DNA from: Octopus bimaculoides
Taxonomy: Eukaryota
NCBI RefSeq assembly: GCF_001194135.2
Contig: NC_068988.1
Span: 29,876,904 to 29,916,057, forward strand
DNA: 39,154 nucleotides
Direction of reading: 5' to 3'
The translations under genes and the position numbers were made by a program. The stretch's first letter is position 1, and every line of letters starts with the position of its first letter. Positions 32,026 to 39,154 of this stretch are shown piece after piece. The notes beneath the pieces were generated by a model, which worked only from the letters and a program-made list of their open reading frames with translations, had not been told where the DNA came from and searched no databases.

Positions 32026-32488
32026 ACCCAATAGGTTGTCTTTAATCGTTTAACATTCACTTGTTGCAGTCATTGGACCGCGGCCATGNNNNNNNNNNNN
32101 NNNNNNNNNNNNNNNNNNNNNNNNNNNNNNNNNNNNNNNNNNNNNNNNNNNNNNNNNNNNNNNNNNNNNNNNNNNNNNNNNNNNNNNNNNNNNNNNNNNN
32201 NNNNNNNNNNNNNNNNNNNNNNNNNNNNNNNNNNNNNNNNNNNNNNNNNNNNNNNNNNNNNNNNNNNNNNNNNNNNNNNNNNNNNNNNNNNNNNNNNNNN
32301 NNNNNNNNNNNNNNNNNNNNNNNNNNNNNNNNNNNNNNNNNNNNNNNNNNNNNNNNNNNNNNNNNNNNNNNNNNNNNNNNNNNNNNNNNNNNNNNNNNNN
32401 NNNNNNNNNNNNNNNNNNNNNNNNNNNNNNNNNNNNNNNNNNNNNNNNNNNNNNNNNNNNNNNNNNNNNNNNNNNNNNNNNNNNNNNN

Positions 32489-32508
32489 ATAGACAGATAG
32501 ATAGATAA

Positions 32509-32567
<59 letters not shown>
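32489..32567 (+). repeat. (GATA)n microsatellite
   Basis: Directly visible next to a gap. Confidence 0.95.
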
Positions 32568-32568
<1 letters not shown>

Positions 32569-33332
32569 GTATAAAAATAGAGTGATGACCAGAGAAATAG
32601 CATATATCTTGAAAACACAGATGTGCACTTGAATGGGATGTAATTATAGAAGTACAACACAGTTCTACAAAAGCCCTGTAGGCCAGTGTTTCAAAACACC
32701 CACTGAACACATTTGGCTTTCTCTTTCTATCAGACAAAGAAGATACATAGAAAGACCACGTACATTATCTCCCTGTATGGAACCCATATTAAAAAGGAAC
32801 TCTTATATAAACATCACTTTTTATTTACAAAGCTTCTGAACATCACTTTGTAAAAACTTTGCATGGCGTCTGTCTTTATAGGGTCTGCTTATATGCTGCA
32901 TGATGGCAGAAATTGCAAACTACAGCAGAGGAAATGAGTAATTCCCAGCCTTAAGTAGTGATACATCGTGTTGTTGTAGGTGTTACGTCATCACATCGTT
33001 TTATTTCTATCGTCTGGTTTTAAGCGTCGAGTTAAATTTGAATCGGTCACCGGTACACGGCAGGCAATTTTGTGGAGAAAGGCACGAAGCAAAATGGAGC
33101 AAAAGTAAATATAAATAGAATTGAAGGAGGGACGAACCGAGGGAGGGATGAAAGGGAGAGACAAAGAATATGCGAGAGAGAGTACGTGAGAAGTATATTA
33201 AAAGAGGGAGATGAAAAGGTAAGTGGACATTGGTAAAGGAAAAACTAAGAGAATAACAGGGAAAGTTAGATTAAAAATTCAGAGAAAAAATTGGCGGATG
33301 TATTTATAGAAATGAAATGTGGGAGAGAAATA

Positions 33333-33386
<54 letters not shown>

Positions 33387-33919
33387 NNNNNNNNNNNNNN
33401 NNNNNNNNNNNNNNNNNNNNNNNNNNNNNNNNNNNNNNNNNNNNNNNNNNNNNNNNNNNNNNNNNNNNNNNNNNNNNNNNNNNNNNNNNNNNNNNNNNNN
33501 NNNNNNNNNNNNNNNNNNNNNNNNNNNNNNNNNNNNNNNNNNNNNNNNNNNNNNNNNNNNNNNNNNNNNNNNNNNNNNNNNNNNNNNNNNNNNNNNNNNN
33601 NNNNNNNNNNNNNNNNNNNNNNNNNNNNNNNNNNNNNNNNNNNNNNNNNNNNNNNNNNNNNNNNNNNNNNNNNNNNNNNNNNNNNNNNNNNNNNNNNNNN
33701 NNNNNNNNNNNNNNNNNNNNNNNNNNNNNNNNNNNNNNNNNNNNNNNNNNNNNNNNNNNNNNNNNNNNNNNNNNNNNNNNNNNNNNNNNNNNNNNNNNNN
33801 NNNNNNNNNNNNNNNNNNNNNNNNNNNNNNNNNNNNNNNNNNNNNNNNNNNNNNNNNNNNNNNNNNNNNNNNNNNNNNNNNNNNNNNNNNNNNNNNNNNN
33901 NNNNNNNNNNNNNNNNNNN

Positions 33920-33966
<47 letters not shown>

Positions 33967-34442
33967 GAGTGAAATGGGAAAGAAAATAATTATAAAAAGT
34001 AATGAGAACAAGATAAAAGAAAGTAGGAAGGAGGCAGACTTAGAACAAGAACCAGATAAAAAAATAGACAAGTAGAGAGGAAAGAGAAAGGAAGAAAGAA
34101 GGAAAAAGGAAAGAAATAAGGAAAGAAAGAAACGTAGTGAAAAAAAGAAGAGGAAAAACAAAATGTGTTGAGGTAAATATGAAAAGTGAGCAAACTGTGG
34201 TGGCGAGAGGCGAGGTTGGAGAGAGAAAAAGAGTTGGGGAGGAATTAGTTTCTACAAATTCTTTAATTATACGAAAAGACCATTTCAGTGTTGTGAGGTA
34301 ATTTAGAAGCTTTGCAGGCTGTAATTACAGCTGTTAATTGCCTGGCGTTTGTATTTGAAGTGCAATATCTAACACAGCTAGATGACGTGTAACACAGCTG
34401 TAAATAAACCATGTCAAAGCATTATGTGTATGTATGTATGTA

Positions 34443-34453
<11 letters not shown>

Positions 34454-34522
<69 letters not shown>

Positions 34523-34540
34523 TGGAGAGAGAGAGAGAGA
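34454..34540 (+). repeat. (GA)n microsatellite
   Basis: Directly visible. Confidence 0.95.
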
Positions 34541-35508
34541 AACAGACAGACACAAATAAAAAGTTGCAAAGAAATTCGACAAGGAACAAATGAAAACCAT
34601 ACACAAAAGACGTGGACACACTCATTCCTCATCAGTTGTCGAACAAAGATCATTACAATTTCGCGCCATATATACATATATACATCCTTTAGACGCTGGA
34701 TACCAGAAGTATGAGACGCTCTGCCACCGTCGTTTTGTCGCTACCTCTTTGGCGTTGCCGATTCGACGCTGACTTATTTGACATCAGATGCTTGAATGTT
34801 TTCTTGTTCTCTCTTTCTCTTCTCTCTTTCTCTCTCCCTCTGTTTACGTGTGTGATCATATTTCTCCTTATGTGTACGAGGAAAGGTAACTGTTTGTGTC
34901 AGTCGTGTTCAGCTAATAAATTATAATGTCTCTGTCGCTCTCTCTGAGTACATTTCTGCGCGTACGTGCATGTACAAGAAGTATCTAGAGATACAAGCTT
35001 TCAAACGCTGGAAACACAAACATTCTCCGTGTCTTTCTCCCACGGAAATGTACTGAATGGGTCAATTGAGCCGTTGACCCAATTGAGCACAAATATTCAA
35101 TGAGGAAATCGTATAAAAATATCCTACGAAATTATTACTTTGTCGATAGTCGTCCGCATGAATAACCTTATTGCGCTGCTTCAGTTCCTTTGGAACATAG
35201 GCGTAAAGTTCTCCGCTCTCTCTTTCCTTTCTTTCGTTCATCAGTTATATACGATTCTACAACTACTCTACAACTGACATTTTGTTTAGAAAAGAAGTAG
35301 GAAATAATGAAACAATCTTGACCTTTAATGAATTCCCGAAGTCGAGAACTGTGACTTCCATTGTTACTTCCACGAGCCCCGATTCTTTTCTAGGCGGTGA
35401 AATGTGATGGAATAATCTGTGTAATGACAAAGAAAGGGCTTACAAAAGCACTAATACATGAAAACAATATCTCGCTTCTAATTAGTCATAAAACAGCGGA
35501 TAATGTCA

Positions 35509-35534
35509 TCTATATATATATAAATGAGAATGTG

Positions 35535-35581
<47 letters not shown>

Positions 35582-36717
35582 GTGAATCCCTAAAACTCGA
35601 GAACTACGCAACCAATTTCATTCAAATTTTACACATGCCTTACTTAGGGTTCCAGTTGTGTTTTAGTAAAAAAAAATTATTAACTTCTTGCAGAGTTCGA
35701 GCACACGGCAACATAATATCTCCTCCACTATTTAAGTATTACGTGTCAAAAGTGAAACAAAAACACTCATGTCAAATACTTTCACTTTAAAAAGGAAACT
35801 ATTCCACTAACTGAAACAATCACATTTCGATACTGTAGTGACAGATACTTTCNNNNNNNNNNNNNNNNNNNNNNNNNNNNNNNNNNNNNNNNNNNNNNNN
35901 NNNNNNNNNNNNNNNNNNNNNNNNNNNNNNNNNNNNNNNNNNNNNNNNNNNNNNNNNNNNNNNNNNNNNNNNNNNNNNNNNNNNNNNNNNNNNNNNNNNN
36001 NNNNNNNNNNNNNNNNNNNNNNNNNNNNNNNNNNNNNNNNNNNNNNNNNNNNNNNNNNNNNNNNNNNNNNNNNNNNNNNNNNNNNNNNNNNNNNNNNNNN
36101 NNNNNNNNNNNNNNNNNNNNNNNNNNNNNNNNNNNNNNNNNNNNNNNNNNNNNNNNNNNNNNNNNNNNNNNNNNNNNNNNNNNNNNNNNNNNNNNNNNNN
36201 NNNNNNNNNNNNNNNNNNNNNNNNNNNNNNNNNNNNNNNNNNNNNNNNNNNNNNNNNNNNNNNNNNNNNNNNNNNNNNNNNNNNNNNNNNNNNNNNNNNN
36301 NNNNNNNNNNNNNNNNNNNNNNNNNNNNNNNNNNNNNNNNNNNNNNNNNNNNNNNNNNNNNNNNNNNNNNNNNNNNNNNNNNNNNNNNNNNNNNNNNNNN
36401 NNNNNNNNNNNNNGTTGGCTGCTCAAGAGTGGGCAGCAACAAAAAACCTATTTGTATATGCTCCACAAGGGAAAACAAGGAACATAGTTTACAATGAGGT
36501 GTTATAATCACAACAGCAAGAAAGTATGTACATGATCACCTTCTTTTACGAAACTTCATTGACTTTCATATATTTATATTGATATACATATATATACGTG
36601 TGTTTGGGTGCGTGTGTGTATATACATCTCTATATATAAAGATGATGCGTAGTCTAGACGGCGTTTTTAGATTTCATTATTCTCTTTAACCCGGGCAACG
36701 CCGGGTATTTCTGCTAG
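35509..36717 (+). mobile_element. Internally deleted Helitron with both termini, a (CTGT)n tract and the helicase C-terminus
   Basis: 5' end A|TCTATATATATATAAATGAG at 35508/35509, with (CTGT)n near it. After the gap, VGCSRVGSN and a frameshifted NLFVYAPQGKTRNIVYNEVL* (stop 36505-36507) match the end of the Helitron PIF1 helicase (LYVAxSRV..GKTxNxVYxEVL). The 3' hairpin ACCCGG-GCAACG-CCGGGT is followed by CTAG|T at 36717/36718. Inserted between A and T with no TSD. Linkage of the two ends across the 561-N gap is inferred. Confidence 0.8.
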
Positions 36718-37420
36718 TTATTTATAATTAACCGACGACCTCCACTTGAAAGCACACCCAGAATAAGGATTAAATGAAGGGGAAAAGAGAAAGCAATACA
36801 ATGTATAAATACTATATAAGGGGAAATTAAGGCGTATGAAGGGGGGAAAGCAAGGAGAAGTGGGGGTGTAAAAATAATAAAGAAAACAGGTGAAGCAAAT
36901 AGAATGAAGGGGACTATGAATGTATCGAATATTAATCAATATTAATCAAAGTATCGAATATTAATCAATAGAAGAAGGAAGTAAAATGTATATTAAATGG
37001 AAATGAGTGAACAGATGATGGAGTATCGATGTCAGGTTATACCTATGATCGAAGACGTTCCGGCCGTGACTTTCTCGCCACCTTCTCTGACATACGTGTA
37101 ATTTAGGCTCATTATTATCCAACAATTCTCCGTTTACATACGGTTTATATACGGGGGATTCGAATGTAAGGATCTTGTTCAAAATGGGGGCACCAGTATT
37201 TTCTTAACGAAACACTTTGAAACTTGGGACACTGGTAGAATGTGTCATATAAAACATCTTTTTCTCTTAGTCTTCTTAACAAAAAAACCTACATCGCAAG
37301 TTATTTCATGTTAAAGTTGTATTTCTGTAATTTCAACCAATGACTGACGTCCATTCAGCCGGATATTATTAAGTGTTGTCTATGTAAACAAACGATGGCT
37401 GAAGCATATTGGCAGTAGAG

Positions 37421-37449
37421 TTAGGGTTAGGGTTAGGGTTAGGGTTGGG
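37421..37449 (+). repeat. Interstitial telomeric repeat (TTAGGG)4 TTGGG
   Basis: Directly visible. Confidence 0.9.
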
Positions 37450-37930
37450 CAGTAGCTAATAAACCTTTCATACAGTTCAGGCAGATGTTAACGAAATAAA
37501 CACGCATGAAAGAAAATGTTAACAAAATTATAAATGGAGATTAAATACGCTTTACACCGCTTAAACTTCCAAAGGAGCAAGTGTAAACAGCTGAATACTT
37601 GTCAGTGATTGGTTGAAATTATCGAAATAAGACAATTTTTTACATGAAATAAATTCGAATACAAAAATTTTTTTCTGTTCTANNNNNNNNNNTTGGGCAG
37701 TAGCTAATAAACCTTTCATACAGTTCAGGCAGATGTTAACGAAATAAACACGCATGAAAGAAAATGTTAACAAAATTATAAATGGAGATTAAATACGCTT
37801 TACACCGCTTAAACTTCCAAAGGAGCAAGTGTAAACAGCTGAATACTTGTCAGTGATTGGTTGAAATTATCGAAATAAGACAATTTTTTACATGAAATAA
37901 ATTCGAATACAAAAATTTTTTTCTGTTCTA
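37445..37930. other. Exact 238-bp direct duplication across a 10-N gap, probable assembly artefact
   Basis: 37445-37682 is identical to 37693-37930, separated only by the minimal 10-N spacer. Confidence 0.8.
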
Positions 37931-38441
37931 TAACACAAAATAGATAAGTATACGAAGTTTGAAAGTCTTTCGGTACCCAAAACACTACATAAAACTTTAA
38001 TGAAAACTGGTGCCCCCGTTTTGAACAAGATCCGAATGTAGTTCTTAACAAGTTGAGAGACACTTAAAGGAGCCCCTCATAGTCTCATGCTTTCTCGCAT
38101 TGGCTCAGTGGAATATTAAATTTGTCGTATTTGATGGTATATAAGACGCACTTTTCCCACTCTTTCCACAAAAAAATGTCCCCAAAATAGAATCCCTCCA
38201 GATCCTGTAGTTGGCTTCTCGTAAGCTAATCCTGTCCCTGACGCTCTCTACGATAGGCTAATCCTCTAACCCAGGTGATCTCTGTTACTTTGCTTCACTC
38301 CATAATAATTGTATATTTACTTCGGACATAATGCCGCTTTGGCAGAGTGCTCAGCAATTGTGATAACGCGGGTTCAATTCCGCTGCTTTTCATTTAAGGC
38401 AGAATTGTTGCAACGAGATTCTGGATCTATAGGAAGTAGTA

Positions 38442-38620
38442 GTAGTGGTAGTGGTGGTGGTGGTGGTGGTGGTGGTAGTAGTAGTAGTAGTAGTTATTGT
38501 TGTTTTTTAGTTGTTCTTTAACCTAGAATATAAACTATATTGTTATCATTGTTGCTGCTGCTGCTGTTGCTGCTGTTGTTATTGTTGCTGCTGTTGTTGT
38601 TGTTGTTGCAGTTGTTATTG
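38442..38620. repeat. (AGT/GGT)n and (GCT/GTT)n trinucleotide microsatellites
   Basis: Directly visible. Confidence 0.9.
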
Positions 38621-38778
38621 CTGTGTAATAGACTTGTTATTCCTATGATGTGTAGATATTTGAACAAACGCGACCCACAGATCTGTTTGCTTATTTATTT
38701 TTTATTGTTGTTGTTGTTTTCCTATCAAAAACACATCCCCATCAAACGAGGACACGCACTCTCCAACATGCAGCGATG

Positions 38779-39004
38779 AATCATTCCTTTTCTACTCTAG
38801 GCACAAGGCCCGAAATTTTGGGGGAAGGAAGGGGCCAATCGATTAGATCGACCCCAGTACGCAGCTGGTACTTAATTTATCGACCCCGAAAGGATAAAAG
38901 GCAAAGTCGACCTCGGTGGAATTTGAACTCAGAGCACGAAGACAGACGAAATACCGCTAAGCATTTCGCCCGGCGTGCTAACCATTCTGCCAACTCGCCG
39001 CCTT
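38779..39004 (-). mobile_element. SINE family A, full length, alternative tail
   Basis: Minus strand AAGGCGGCGAGTTGGCAGAATGGTTAGCACG..GAGTTCAAATTCC..CAAAATTTCGGGCCTTGTGCCTAGAGTAGAAAAGGAAT. Confidence 0.9.
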
Positions 39005-39154
39005 GCAGTGATGAATCATATGTCAAGTGAGGACCCAGTTTGTTTGCTTTTTTCCGTTTTTCTTTCCCCCCTCTTTTTTTGCATACAACAATAGTCACTG
39101 TTATTCCTTTAGAAATTGTCACCTTTTCTCCTTTCTTTTTTTCTATGTTTATTA

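Larger units (their letters stand above)
37170..38033. mobile_element. Merlin-like MITE with 28-bp TIRs and an 8-bp TSD
   Basis: TIR GGATCTTGTTCAAAA(T/C)GGGGGCACCAGT at 37170-37197 and 38006-38033 (1 mismatch). Flanks GAATGTAA and GAATGTAG match 7 of 8. An additional subterminal inverted repeat is ATTTCAACCAAT(G/C)ACTGAC. GG termini with 8-9-bp TSDs are characteristic of Merlin/IS1016; the superfamily call is inference. Confidence 0.75.

Noticed and set aside
33060-34200. Purine-rich tracts giving Phe/Ser/Leu-rich minus-strand ORFs
   Set aside because: Low-complexity GA-rich sequence with no protein motif.
636-36511. Long ORFs of 130-370 aa containing X runs
   Set aside because: They stay open only because N codons are not stops, and their flanks translate microsatellites.
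37445-37930. Real 238-bp tandem duplication
   Set aside because: It is 100% identical across a minimal 10-N gap, the pattern of unmerged overlapping contig ends.
36961-38063. ~80-codon minus frame restored by removing the MITE
   Set aside because: No convincing splice sites or recognisable motif, and the C-terminal part is low-complexity AT-rich sequence.

Overview
A gapped draft scaffold from an animal genome: AT-rich, 19 N-gaps totalling about 7 kb (about 18%), and very rich in microsatellites. The SINE families and repeat load point to an octopus or other coleoid cephalopod (inference from remembered repeat consensi, not a search result). I recognise no host protein-coding gene, functional RNA gene or CRISPR array. 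Nearly all long ORFs in the track are artefacts of N-runs or microsatellites. The window reads as intronic or intergenic DNA made of layered transposable elements. These include more than 25 tRNA-derived SINE copies from several modular families, relics of R4/Dong-type (restriction-like endonuclease) non-LTR retrotransposons, an RTE-clade RT relic and a mariner 5' fragment. There are also three Helitron remnants, a Merlin-like MITE carrying (TTAGGG)4, a fold-back MITE and hAT-like MITEs. The most interesting structure is in how the repeats are arranged. Head-to-tail SINE multimers share one junction at two loci. A 128-bp copy of nearby retroelement DNA sits inside a SINE between duplicated flanks. 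R4-type 3' ends lie inside (AAT)n and (TACA)n tracts. SINE heads and tails are swapped between families. A ~90-bp hairpin-bearing array precedes a Helitron 3' end. A few weak candidate exons are flagged. I do not see convincing evidence of a new gene-encoded system.
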